Shown one piece after another: positions 39,723 to 52,615 of a stretch of 64,000 nt of DNA. Under the pieces are notes generated by a model. It saw only the letters and a list, made by a program, of their open reading frames with translations. It was not told the origin of the DNA and made no database searches. Both the position numbers and the translations under genes were made by a program. How positions within the stretch are numbered: position 1 is the stretch's first letter; every line of letters begins with the position of its first letter. The stretch is from Magallana gigas. Its lineage: Eukaryota. The stretch lies in contig NC_088858.1 in assembly GCF_963853765.1 (NCBI RefSeq), positions 30,876,001-30,940,000 of the forward strand, written 5' to 3'.

Positions 39723-40522
39723 CTGGAAAATGTTTTGTGTGTTTACAATATATTAGACTGTCTTTACTATGGAAATAAATAGAATAATAATGAAAAAAAA
39801 TAGCCAATAGCTAGACATGAAATATGATAGCATTTTTTATTAATCATGTCTGCTTTCATAAAAAAAATATTTAAGGTATCATATATTTGTTTACCCTATG
39901 TTACAGCATGAACGCAACAGAGATGACTCTTATTGCCTCTGATGGGGTTTAGACCCGGGTTCTCTGCCATGCAAATCCAACTCTCTACCGCTCGATTTAG
40001 AGGGAATGTTATATACCTATAGGTAACTGTACCAAATAAACAGAACAAATGATGAAAAAATTCAAATTATGCACACTATTTGATGTAAAGATATGTTTGA
40101 TGAAAACGTGAATTTTAAACCCTATGCATCTTAATTATTATATTACAATATCCTGTATTTTCATGATTTGTTAAGTCCTTTTGTGGCCCTATCATTTAAA
40201 TGGAGTTCACATTATAAACTGATACAAGATAAACAAAATATCTGAGGTTATTTTATAAAAATTACCGTTCTAGATGAAAAACTTTTATTTACATAATTTA
40301 ATTTGTGTCCCAACAATAAGGTTGAAGAACGTGTTTTTAGTAAATTGGGAAAATATAAGTAACAAGTAAAGAAAACAAAGGTCAACAACAATTGTTGGAC
40401 AAATACTGAACTAAAAGCTTGAAAAACGATGCATCCTCTTTGCTCTGATAAAACCGATAACATAAGAAATGATTAAAAACATATTTATTCATTCCCGCTG
40501 ATTGACATTGTACTTTGTAGTT

Positions 40523-42555
40523 TCATCCAATCAAGTTGCCGGTAATATCATCCCTAAAAAGAAAACCTAAAAGTTCTTAATAAATATTAACATATATTAA
40601 TTCACATTAATGTCTAATAAATCTCAATGATGCTTATTCTGTCTGTATCAGTAATTAATAACATATACAATATATATAACTTCATGATTCTAAGTAAAAA
40701 TTGAATAGGTAAAACGCTTTCAATGAGCTTTATCAATATTTTTTTTTGGGGGGGGGGGGTTGGGAGAGATGGGAATTGTTTATTATTGTTTATGAAGAGG
40801 CTGATGACCACGTTGTTTTGGAATTTAGCAAGTGACATTTATTTATGATACTTACATTTTCTTACAAATATAAAAGTGCATATCATCGCAATTTCTGTCG
40901 CTCCAGTGTAAATTGGTATCAAGAAGCAGGCAGTCTTCATTGTGATGGTGATTGTTTGGTTCTCCCGGAGCGAAGTTCGTGTAATTCATTTTGTCACCGT
41001 AAGGTTCCCATAAAAAAGAACCCTCAAGGTTCCAGTCACTTCCTCCGAGCCAAGCAACATTGACTAAATATGGACAATAAAAGTCGTTTGATATCTAACA
41101 ATATATGTATACGTAATGTAATTTTATCCTTTCTCATATATACATTTTATTATATTTCACAGTACAAATTCAATGAAAGAAATTTGTACTATAAATGCGA
41201 TCATGCTGTCAACAGAATATTCTATTAACAATAGACAATTTAAAAAGCCAGTCCAACGATTCCTGAAAACTCGCATCAATAGAAATTACTCTAGTTTTGC
41301 AGTTCGTGGCTTACAACTTCTTCGCTAGCCAACGGTCGTTCCTTTTGAGTATCAGAAACCCTTTGCTAGTGAAGATGGACTCACAATAATGTTTATACAC
41401 TGTACTCTAAGATTTAAATGCGTATGTCAAAACAAATACTTGGTAAATGGTCTTCCCTAATAATTCCTTTATTTTCCTATAATTTCTTGAAAACATTAAA
41501 TGTAATTTTCCAACACGTCTAATTCTTAAATATAAAAGATAGCAGAAAAGGAATGTGTTTTGTCATGAGACAATTAAAAGCTACTTACAGTGTTTACTAT
41601 TCATAAGGCCTATTATGAAGTTTTCCTCCTCTTGGTGTAGTATGTAAGCTAAAACAGATCCATGTATTTGACACATATTCTACGGAAAAGGAAAAAGAGG
41701 CATTATAATAACACATGTATTTTTTTTTTCAGGGGGGGGGGGGTAATTTGGTTGTCCAGTGCATTATAAAAGACATGTTTTAATGCAATACTCAATTCTT
41801 TAAATAAACATGAAGAAATGAACAAGATTACACATGTTTATTCTTATTGTTTTTTTTCAAAACAAGTATGCCTTCGACAAACCATAGCATCAAACCACGA
41901 TTCTTTTTCCGCCGGCATATGATAACATGCAGAGCCATGCTTGATCCACCCTTCTGAACAAGTCTGTGCAACACCAACTGATAAATAACATCAATTTAAT
42001 ATACATTTTCTTTCAATTAATATCGATAAATATATAATTGATTTCAACCAACGGCCAATTCTGAATAAAAACCAAGATTTTTTTTCTTAAATTCCTAATT
42101 GTTTTTTAGAATGATGAAGTTAGCAGATTTTTCACCGCCGTTTAAATTGTTATTAAGTTATATTACAAAGTCCAATAATGCGTAAAACAAATTAGTATAG
42201 AAAGCAGCTTTTAATTCTGATTTATTTAGTATGAATCAAATAACTAGAAAACAGCACCTTTTTCTAAGACATGTATTTAGAAGAGTTTCGTTAACTCATC
42301 GTGATATCTATGTTCTGATCTTTTATTGATAAATTTAAGACAATGAAGATTATTTATACTGATATCAAACAAATAAGCCTACTCAATATTAAAACAACAA
42401 AATTCAAGTTATAATGCGCATGTTCACAAATTCAATACTGATAATTTTAGTCAGTTATGTGCTATCATAAAAGTGTTTCAACAAGATTATTTTTTATCAT
42501 TTGACTTACTTAGACAAATACACAAACCCAATCCTAGTTCCAGCTGGTATGACAT
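40523..42555 (-). CDS. CTL-6: perlucin-like C-type lectin, EPN/WSD type, 156 aa, five exons (missed by the ORF track)
   Basis: Exons 42510-42555 (MSYQLELGLGLCICL), 41883-41977, 41589-41679, 40856-41063, 40523-40553; total 471 nt in frame; WLGGSD, EPN, WSD, tail MDDITGNLIG. Confidence 0.88.
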
Positions 42556-43513
42556 TGTGGAGAGGTCCTCTGATAACATTCGTGTAAATCGTGGGACGCT
42601 TTCTGTTGGACTTACAGTACACTTTATCTAGCTTACAAACAATGGTGTGGGTATAAAACGTTTCCATAAACATATTGATGTTGTTGACCAAAAATTGTAT
42701 AAAAAATTTTATATTCTGTTAAATGGATGAACAGTAACAAGTTGACAATGAACTTAGAGAAAACTCAATGTTTGTTGATTAGCAGAAAATCAAAATTATG
42801 GAAATGTAAAAATTTGTATATAAAAGTTGGTGTTGTGATTTTAAACAGTGAAGGAAAAGGCTGACCTTCTTTGTGTAACCTTAGACGAATCTCTTACTTG
42901 GTCAGAGAACATAAAATTTCTAAGCAAAAAAATCGCTCAGAAAATAAGTATGCCACGTCGTCTTTGTGATTTATGTCCAGTGCTGCTTTATTGAAAATAT
43001 AATTATAATTCTGAGTTTATAACACTGTTATTTTCCAACATTTTAACTTTTGTTGTACAGATTCGGTCGGTGTTCAGCCAAAAACAATGGCCAAATTGAA
43101 CAAAATATTTATATTACAGAAAAGTGCAGCTAGAACTATACTGAACGGTAAAACTACTCAAACTTCCTTTGTTGAAACTTTTAGAGTTTTTCACTGGATG
43201 CCTATTCAGGAATATTTTATAAACAGAAAACTGTGTAGCTTTTGAATTTTGAAGAGTATGACCTCAGAATACATGAACTTTTTTTTGAATACGTAAAGCA
43301 AGTAAGACCTAGAAAAACAAGAAGTAGTGTTAGTGGATTGTTATATGTATCAATACCAAGGACTGAATATCTTGTAAGCGCTTTTTTGTTTAGAATACCA
43401 ACAGCATTTTTTTTTTAATCAACTGCCAGATTATGTTTGAACGTGTAAAAACTTTGCTTCTTTTAAAACAAAGTATCTACAGCAATAGTATGTAGCAAAA
43501 TAATTTTATAGAT

Positions 43514-43643
43514 NNNNNNNNNNNNNNNNNNNNNNNNNNNNNNNNNNNNNNNNNNNNNNNNNNNNNNNNNNNNNNNNNNNNNNNNNNNNNNNNNNNNNNN
43601 NNNNNNNNNNNNNNNNNNNNNNNNNNNNNNNNNNNNNNNNNNN
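43514..43643. other. Assembly gap (N run)
   Basis: 130 N. Confidence 0.99.
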
Positions 43644-44841
43644 ATTCATAATATTACGTGTCATATACTGGTTATTCTTTTTGTACATATGTTTTATACA
43701 TACCACAAAGAAAACCAGCACATTTTTACTAATTTTGTCATTCTACCTTAAAGGACTTTATCATTACTTCTAATTTTAAGAAGGTTGATTGGTGAACAAT
43801 TACGAATCAGATATACCCCAAACGTTTAGAGATGATGACTTCTTTATCCATAAACTATCAATTTGTAAAAAACGCCATAAATTAGTTTTCTCTTTGGATA
43901 TTTTAAGGATATTAATTCAGAGATCTTCCTCTTAATTAATACATATTATGAAATAGCAACCACAGCACTCTTTAAAATCGCACAATGAAATAGGTATCTT
44001 ATTAACATCATTTTGAAAAAAAATGTGACACGCGAAAATGAACATGTATTAATATTCGGTATATTTAATATTTGTATTTAACTTCGCTGGTTTAAAAGGG
44101 AACGGTCACGATTTCTGTCAAAAAATATTTACTTTAAGCCCTCTACCTTGCTTATAACTTTACGACTAACACAAAAAATTTGATTGATCATTAGAAATGC
44201 ATCACTGAAGCACTGTAAATAATAAAAATAGAAAACTAAAATTTTACCAAAAGCGTGACCATTCCTTTTAATCAATTTTGAATCATTCAAAATACAAAAT
44301 AAAATATTTTATACATAGAAATCAAAAATAAAATTTTTATCTAAAATCGTGTCCAGGTTCCAGGTAAAGAAGTTCTGTGAAAGTGGTCACAATTTGTGAT
44401 TTATCAAGTAATCGTTTTCTATGGTCAAACAAACGTGTGTGTATTAAATGCACGGATGCGCAATCTAACACTCTTAAATTTGAATTTGAATTTCTGCAGT
44501 CGTAAAAAACCACTTTTACAGTATTCACTTTGACTTTTAGAAACAATTGTTATGTTCATGCCGCTTATACAAGGAGACATTCTACCGTTGATATGTTAAA
44601 AAAAGTAAATAAGGAACAAAATGTTTCTCAATGTTAAGCTTGATGCATGTCAAATTTCCATGGTTAAGTACAATTCGATTACGAAAGTAACTTTTGTCGT
44701 CCAGTATTTGAAACTAGATTTCCCTTCAATGATTACCAGTAAACTATAAATTCTAAATGTTTAGTAATTTTAATACAGTACTGTTATGATCTCAAAGATA
44801 AACGGAAACATTTTAATGCCAAGAATATCTTTGTTTTTCTC

Positions 44842-47800
44842 TCAACCAATCAGATTACCAATAATATCATCCCTGCAAATAAAAACAAAAAATAAACTCA
44901 AAATAAATGCAGAAAATTAAGAAGTTGATGATCTCTTATAAATCACATAGCGCTGGCTGAAGAAACAGAAAAAACAAATAGAAGATCAATTTCCGTTGAT
45001 CATAACATATAATATATACCTTGTAATAGACAAAAATTATAAATCATTGTTAAACATGTGATAACTGTCTTTTACATTCGTTGGGACCGATTTTCGTGGA
45101 TGTAAGTATTTTTAATTTCGTGAATGCGTCGGTTATCAGTTTCAGTAACAAAACTGTTTTTGTATTCGTCGAAAATGCAAATTCTTGGGGGAGGAAGGTG
45201 GGAAAATAACCAAATTTACCACGAAAATCGATAATTGACCTATCATGAATTCTAATGATTTCACAGTATTAAAATTACAATGTGACTCAATTGTTTTAAC
45301 CCTTGATAACGACAACAGAAATAAAATAATAAATTCAAATTTTTGACACACGCAAGGTGCACGAGTCAATTATTCCTAGCCATCACTTTTCAGTCTACAA
45401 GTGGTTGAAACTCATTTGAAATTCCGTTTGGATGCAAATTCATACAAAGTGACTTGTCATTTGACAATCATTTGAATGTCACATGATTATTTTTAAAAAA
45501 TAATACCACGGGATTAACGCACAGCAATCTGCAGTGGTTCGATTTCTGCTGTCATGATTAAAGAACATTCATACAGAATGTGTTTTAATAAATAAACAAT
45601 TGATATCAGTTCTTGGAGACATATGGTTTGACGGAGCGGCCGCCTCTTAATAATATCTACCACGCTATGATATTTACATTCCTCTACGCTTCTGTGACAC
45701 GGAAGCAAAAGGGAAACTCAATGTTTACGTGTTGGGTCAAATAATATTGATATTTTTTCCAATTTAATCAGAATTAATTGCTTTTCAAAACGTTATTTTT
45801 GATAAAAAAAAAATCAATTTTATATGATAATATATAAAATATCGGGACAACATAAGTAATTGTGAAAATCTTGGGCTTGAAATTCACAATGGATCTTAGA
45901 TAGAAGTCGTATAATTTATCTTATCCAATAGCTAAACGAATTGAAATTCGCTTACATTTGCTTGCAAACATAAAAATGCGAGTCGCGACAGTTCCTATCG
46001 TTCCAAGTATACGTGTTATTTTTGAGTGAGGAGCCATCAATCAGGAGACAGTCCTCGGAGTTATTGAGGTCGTTGGGTTCTCCTGGAGAGAAATTTGTGT
46101 ACGTAATTTGGTCGCCGTACGGTTCCCATAAAAAAGATCCCTCAACATTCCAATCACTTCCGCCAATCCATACAATACTTTCTGAAAGTTGGCAAAGGAA
46201 AAGCGTAAATTAACCTTTCTTTGCAGCATTATCATTATGGTCGGTTTTTCAAGGAAAATAAAAATCGAAACTAAGTAAATTTCATACTAAAGACAAATAG
46301 AAACTATGTTAGTCTTGTGTTTGTCTTTTGATATAATGTGTGTACTCACTGTGTGTATTTTGCATAAGGCTAACTATATAGTTATGTTCCTCCTGACTTT
46401 CCACAGATGCTAAAACGGAGCCATGTATTTGACACATTTTCTGTAAAGTTGAAGAAAGATTAAAGTAAATATTGCATCACTTTCTTAGGAAAAAAAGGTA
46501 CCGCATTTCGATTCACCTCATTCAAATATAATATCTACTGTGGAATCATTAGAATTGACTGTGGATCAATGTTCGTGGTATTTTGGGGGAATCCCTCCGT
46601 ACAAATTTACATTATCGAGGAAACAAATTTAAAAAGTATTATTTTTGTTACTGGAACTGAAAACCGACATACTCATGAAATAACCCCCCTCTCAAAGCAC
46701 AAAGCCCTCAATCCGCAAAAATTGGCTACCAGAAATTTAAATGATTCCAAAGTAATACAATTCGGCAATTATTTTTTTAAATCATGAATTCAAATATATT
46801 TTATGAATATGTTTACCTTTGTATGCGTAAAAGTAGCTTTGGGCTCAGAAAATTGATTACTTTTATTTGTAAATAGTTTACAGAAAACGTTTGACAGCCA
46901 AATCTGTCATTAAACAAAATCAAATTTAATAATAATGTTGAACCCATTTTGTATTCAACTTGTAATTATACAAAGTACGTCTTTTTTTGTTAAAACAATT
47001 AAGCAGTTCCAATAACACCTTTTACAAGCACCTAGAAACAAATTCATATTGTTTGTGATTTGTTGGGAGAGAGGAAAAAGTCAATAATCCAATTCCCTAT
47101 TGTACTCTACGTTTACATTTCATCAAACTCTTATTTTTAAATTGAATTAGGATACTACGCTTAAATGCATATAATATATATCGAGGTGACACTAATTAAA
47201 ATTTATACTTGTATATACCATTCCATCGAACCAGGACTCTTCTTCTGGTCCCAAATGATAACAAGCTGAGCCATGTTTAATCCAGCCGTACGGACAACAC
47301 CATGCAACAGTAACTAACACAAAACAAATGACAGAGTTAAAATGACTTAGACACGAGTTTAGATCAACATTTTTATTTTTTTAGGATATAAAATGGTTTA
47401 CTTGCACATTTTGAATGAATAACCGAAATTTGAATGTTATAACTACATTATAAGAGAGATACAGAGGTAAGAATTCATTGTTATGTAAACAAAGCTCGCG
47501 TCTTATATTTGTTTACAAATAGTGTAACGTATGGAATTACCATTTCTTTGGCAAAATAACTCGTAAGAAACGAGGTAAACTTGTTCATTGTGTTTGTAAA
47601 ATATATCATCAATAGAAAAAAGCAACATTTGATTGAACCCTTAACAATAAAATACATATGTTAACAATAACAAGGCTTGAGCTTTGTTTACAAAACAAAG
47701 AATTCTAAACTCTGTATCTTCCTTGTAACCCAATATCTGACTTTCAAATTTTCAGAAAGCATTAAAAGCCCATATTAACCATTCTAAACATAAAAAATGG

Positions 47801-48120
47801 AAAAATAAAATTTGAAATTTTGAGCTCAAATCCAAGTCCAAGTCCCTTTAAGCAAAAATTACAAAAAACAAATATTGGAGGAACGATGTGATAGATATAT
47901 CTATGTATAGAAACAGTTGATAAACGATTTAGAAAGAAATAAACACATTGACCTATGTAAATGTCAAGTTAGATTCATTTCGGGTTTTTTTACAGATACA
48001 TCAATTCTAATAGTTGTATGCTCTTTATATTTAAAAAAAAACCCCTTATTAATCTAATTCATTGTTGTTAAACATACCTGCAAAACAGAGACCAAGAATT
48101 TGTAGACACCGTTGTGACAT
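44842..48120 (-). CDS. CTL-7: perlucin-like C-type lectin, EPN/WND type, 161 aa, five exons
   Basis: Exons 48078-48120, 47219-47313, 46350-46440, 45956-46181, 44842-44872; 486 nt in frame; tail MDDIIGNLIG. Confidence 0.88.
46538..46752. mobile_element. TA-flanked MITE in CTL-7 intron 2 (shared with CTL-8 at ~56203-56418)
   Basis: TA|CTGTGGAATCATT ... AATGATTCCAAAG|TA; present in both paralogs, so it predates their duplication. Confidence 0.65.
47341..47847. mobile_element. Kolobok-like MITE in CTL-7 intron 1, absent from CTL-8
   Basis: TTAA|AATGACTTAGACACG ... CCAAGTCCAAGTCCCT|TTAA; empty site with a single TTAA at ~57008. Confidence 0.75.
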
Positions 48121-48419
48121 TTTTCCTGAACTGAATACATAATTATTCTGTCTGTCCTTTCATGATAAGATATGTCGACGAACATATTTTTATACGAATT
48201 CACGTCTTCAGAATTCAATATAAACATTTCAAAGAAATGTTAACATGGAAAGATTACATGTAGATATGAATGAAGTTAATTGAAAGTTAAATCCGTTCAA
48301 ATCATTATAAAGTATGGCATGCATGTTTTGTACATTTTACTGCTTAAGTGAGCCTTTAAAGAAACTATCTCAAGTGTGTGATACATGCATATCTGCTTTG
48401 ACTGCCTCTTGATTACACT

Positions 48420-49125
48420 ATGACATTTGGTGATAACAAACAGTGTTCAAAATCAAAAGTCCAAAAGAAAGATACAAAACAGGAGCAGAGCAAACACGGA
48501 CATCTATTTAAAATAAGAGGAAGGAACAGGTGCCATGGAGAATAGAGCATTCTATGTTGACCGGTCACACCCACTGTGTACTCTCTGTCGTAATCGGGAA
48601 AAATGGGGGGAAATCCGTAGACGATTAGGTAATTAAATATTGTCAAACAATTAGTATGAAAAACGTCAGTAAGCTTGTGACCCAGGGCAATATTATATTT
48701 ACTGACAAGGTCGTTCTATTGGCCATAGAACTTACTAAAAGATGACTTCAATTGAGATTGTTGATAGTCCCGTTTTATCAGTTTGTTTGTTAGTAGCTTG
48801 CCTCTCCTTAATTAGAAACTTTTAATACGTAAAGCATGCCCTTGCGTATCGAATTAATTGAGAAAGAAAAAATCCATATGCAAGTGATGAAGGTATATTG
48901 CTACATAACTAAGGAAAACTGACTAAAGAATAATTTATGTCATCACGTTTATCATCAAGGTTTGTTATTAGATTACCATCAATGTCTCATTCCTATAAAA
49001 TAGCCAAAATATGAAACAGATGACGTAAACCCTGTGGTATCTTTTATTTCACCAGGATATATCGAGTCGACGGAAGAATGGAAGTAACAACTATTATTTG
49101 ATAATACGTCGTCGATATACCTGAA
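48420..49125 (-). mobile_element. 5'-truncated Penelope-like element 3' portion, ~300 bp upstream of CTL-7
   Basis: Minus strand: RYIDDV (~49110), SQLIRYARAC..LLTNKLIK..YQQSQLKSSF.KFYG, and a 3' region homologous to 52150-52600. Confidence 0.7.
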
Positions 49126-50419
49126 TATTGAGTGTTTTATTTTTTCACGAACAAGTTTTTGAATAAATTCTGCTTCTTATGGTTAAGAAAATAGAGGGAT
49201 ATAATCAACCGCAAAGAAATGTCATTTTTCATGCTAGACGTCATCAAAAATTATAATGTATCTGCGCCCTTCCAATTATGAAATACAAAACAGTTGTAGA
49301 TTTTACAATATAAAACTGATTGAATTGAATAGGAAGCAATAACACAAAAACATTTTTAATAAATTTCATCAAATTATACATAAAAGTATTGCTTAGCATA
49401 AACAGCCTATAGTATTAAACAAATAAGATACAAATGTAACTTAAAAGCTCTAAATTTAAATCTTAAAAGTTATTAATTGATACGTCTATCCACCAAATAA
49501 ATCTACACTAATGACTTTCTAGTACATTTGTACACATTGCAACAAACATTTTAATAACACATTGACATTCTTTAACAGCACTTGTTTGCATCATAAAGAA
49601 CGTGAAGTAATAAATTATTAGTCAATGGAAATTATAAAGCAGCTTTTTTTAGTTTGAAGATTTTAAAAAAATCTACACGTAGTTTTATATTTGTTTCATT
49701 CATTTAACATAATATATCCTCTCCTAAATTAAGTGATGTATTGTATCAAAAGCCTAGTATTAAGCATAGTTTCTATTGTTGGTCATTTAAGGTGCTCCAC
49801 ATACAAATTGCTGGCAAAACATCTACATTTTTTTGTTTCTTCTACTAACTGGTTGTGAAGTGTGTCAAGAGAGACATTGTAGTTGCATTATTGTTAAAAA
49901 AAATCAGGCAATTGTCTGGTATATCTTTTAAAGGACAATATATTTTAATGGAAAAATCATAGTTTTTCGGTAACTGAATATCAAAATGTGATTCAAGGTT
50001 TTATAATTTATTTTATGTGATTCGATATTAACAACAAATATAAAAAACTTACCAAACAAAACCCACAATTATCTTTGGTAAACATAAATAAACAGCAACG
50101 TTTTATAACATTTCAGAGAAGATTGTTTTAAAGATAGTTCTAAAAACGCTAGAAATACTATTAGTATAAGTTAAAGGTAAATGATCTTTGCTTAGCCGTT
50201 ACAGGTTTCTCACATATTCATTGTATACGCGTTAAGCAACATATTCTACTATTTTGAGTTCTATTTTACGTTTGGAATCGTCATCTTGTAGTAGCTATTT
50301 ATGTATGCATGACAAAGGAAAACAAAATGGACGTCTGATCTATTCAAGAAGTTAAACACCTGTTTCTTTTCGATTGAAAATTGGGATTTGGATATTTCGT
50401 ACATATATTTCTATACACA

Positions 50420-50700
50420 ATGGATCCTGGTGATCAAAGTTGTTCTTTGAAAGATTTTTCTCATTGGAAAATCGAGGCGTTGCGTTCATCTTTATGCAAA
50501 GAAGGTTTGTCAATTAGCGTAAATAAACAAGAAATTGTTGCAATCGCGTTTGCAGCAATAACATTTAACATGGCAATACTACTTTGAGCTGTACACGTTG
50601 AAAAGTCCAAGTTAGAATGCTACCAGAATTTACTTTAAGTTGAAGATGTTATTTTGCGGGACCCATTCAAAAATCGGAGGACGAAACACAAGGAATGTCC
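50420..50700 (+). mobile_element. Possible decayed transposon ORF fragment (SAP-like N-terminus)
   Basis: DFSHWKIEALRSSLCKEGLSISVNKQEIVAIAFAA...RDPF with in-frame stops resembles, from memory, SAP-like N-termini of ISL2EU/YqaJ-type transposon proteins; unverified. Confidence 0.3.
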
Positions 50701-50889
50701 CATTTGCCACCAGTGTTTATTACTGATGTTACCACTTTAAATGAAATACGAAAGCAAGGAGAAGGCTCAGCTGCATTTGACACTTTATAAAATCGGTAAA
50801 GCATATTAATACTATACATCAGAGTGGCTAGAGGAGGTGGTTTATCATCCAATATCTACTTCATCTCCGTACTGTTTTCTGCGTGCCTA

Positions 50890-52615
50890 CTAAATAACTC
50901 TAAAGATTTACTAGAAACTTCAAGGTCACAAAAATCTTACCAAAATCAATAGCCTCATAACGTACGATTTTTCAACGCTTAATACAACCATTCCATTTGA
51001 CAAATTAAAATCTAGGCTTTTGATACCATCGACAGTTGTTTGTTCAATAAAAATGGAAGTCCTAAATATGTTTACCTTGTCATTGAAATTCTACAAAATT
51101 ATTTTGTTAAAACCATTCTGATTGCACTTACAAGTGCTCTCAAGTTGACATTTAAAAGATGCTTGAGTTTCTGATAGACAACATCAGGATGGGGTAATTG
51201 AAAGAAGTATTTTTAATTGAGTGTAATTAATTACATTTTTAAAAGTTATTTGAAGCAATTTGTAATTGAGTCTCCTTTTAATTACAAGTCATTGAATGTA
51301 TTAAAATACATTCCAACAAAAAATATCATATATTTTCAATTACTTTTCAATTAGCTTTCAGTTACTTTTTTCAAGTTAAAAGTTTAAAACGGTGTCATAT
51401 TCAGTTCAGTTCTTCATTAACGTTGAGCTTTAAGCAGTACTTTTTACCAGTACAAGTAAATGTAAACAATTATATGCATGTACAGGTGTATGAAGTTTAC
51501 AGGAGAATTACAGTCATAAATGTAATAATTTTGTTTAGGTTGCATACCAGTTTTAAATGGGTTTCTGTTTGTACACTAATTAAGTTTTCATTACACGTAT
51601 ATGAATTGATAATGTGTACAACTCTTCCGTATTACAACATTGTTTTAGCTCACCCACATTATATTACGATTCAATTACTCAGATATCTCTTTAAATCTCG
51701 TCAGCTTCTAAGAAAATTACTTTGAAAGCAATTAATTACATTTCAGAGTAATTAACCCAACCCTGGACAACATCTATGTAGTTTTTGAAAATCAAGTCTT
51801 CCAACAATCTTTTGAAATTCCCATGGGTACTAATTGTGCCCAATTGTTAGCAGTTCTTTTTTGTATTCTTATGAAGCAAAATTTATTTTAAAAATTGTTA
51901 GTGAAAAAAATAAAATCACCCGCTGTGGTCTTCAACCCAACATTCAGGTATATTGACGACGTATTATCAGATAACAATTGCTTTTTCCATACTTACGTCT
52001 ACTCGATATATCCTAGTGAACTTGAAATAAAAGATACCACAGAGTCATATTTGGATATTTTACTGGAGACGGACATTAATGGTAACCTTAACAACAAAAC
52101 TTTATGATAAACACGATGACTTAAATTTTTCTATTGTCAACTTTCTTTACTTATGTAGCAATATACCTTCATCACCTGCATATGGTGTTTTTGTCTCTCA
52201 GTTGATTCGATACGCAAGGGCATGAACAGTTTCTAAGGCGAGGCAAGATACTGACAAACAAGTTAACAAAACAGAACAATCAACAGTCTCGTATGAAGTC
52301 ATCTTTTTGTAAGTTCTATGGTCCATACAACGACCTTGTCAGCAAATACAATCTTCCACTGGGTCGCATTCTGACTGACTTTTTTCCTACTGATTGTTAC
52401 ACCATAATTAAACATCAAATTGTCTATGGACTTTTCCGGGGTTTTTTTCCCGATTATGACAAAGAGCGGGTGGGACCAGTCAGCAGAGGATGCTCACCAC
52501 CCCATGGCGCCTGATTCTGCCTTTATCTATTTAAAGGTCCGTGTTGCTCTGCTTTGAATTTGTATTTTGTTTTATGGATTTTTGAGATGGTTGACGGTTT
52601 GTAATTGTCATTTTT
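50890..52615 (+). mobile_element. Decayed Penelope-like reverse transcriptase fragment
   Basis: NSKDLLET..YDFSTL.TTIP..KLKSRL; LIDNIYVVF..QVFQQ..IPMGTNCA; FRYIDDV (51943-51963); LEIKDTTES..YLDIL; PAYGVFVSQLIRYARA. The PMG/RYIDD signature is PLE-type rather than LINE PQG/YADD; multiple frameshifts. Confidence 0.8.
51185..51765. mobile_element. hAT-type MITE (581 bp) nested in the PLE RT
   Basis: Perfect 8-bp TSD GACAACAT (51177-51184, 51766-51773); termini CAGGATGGGGTAATT / AATTAACCCAACCCTG; excision restores the LIDNIYVV frame. Confidence 0.9.

Noticed and set aside
45590-45740. GC-rich block with GCGGCCGC conserved in intron 4 of CTL-7 and CTL-8 (54820-54980)
   Set aside because: Conservation is no greater than the rest of the recent duplication, and it is absent from CTL-6.
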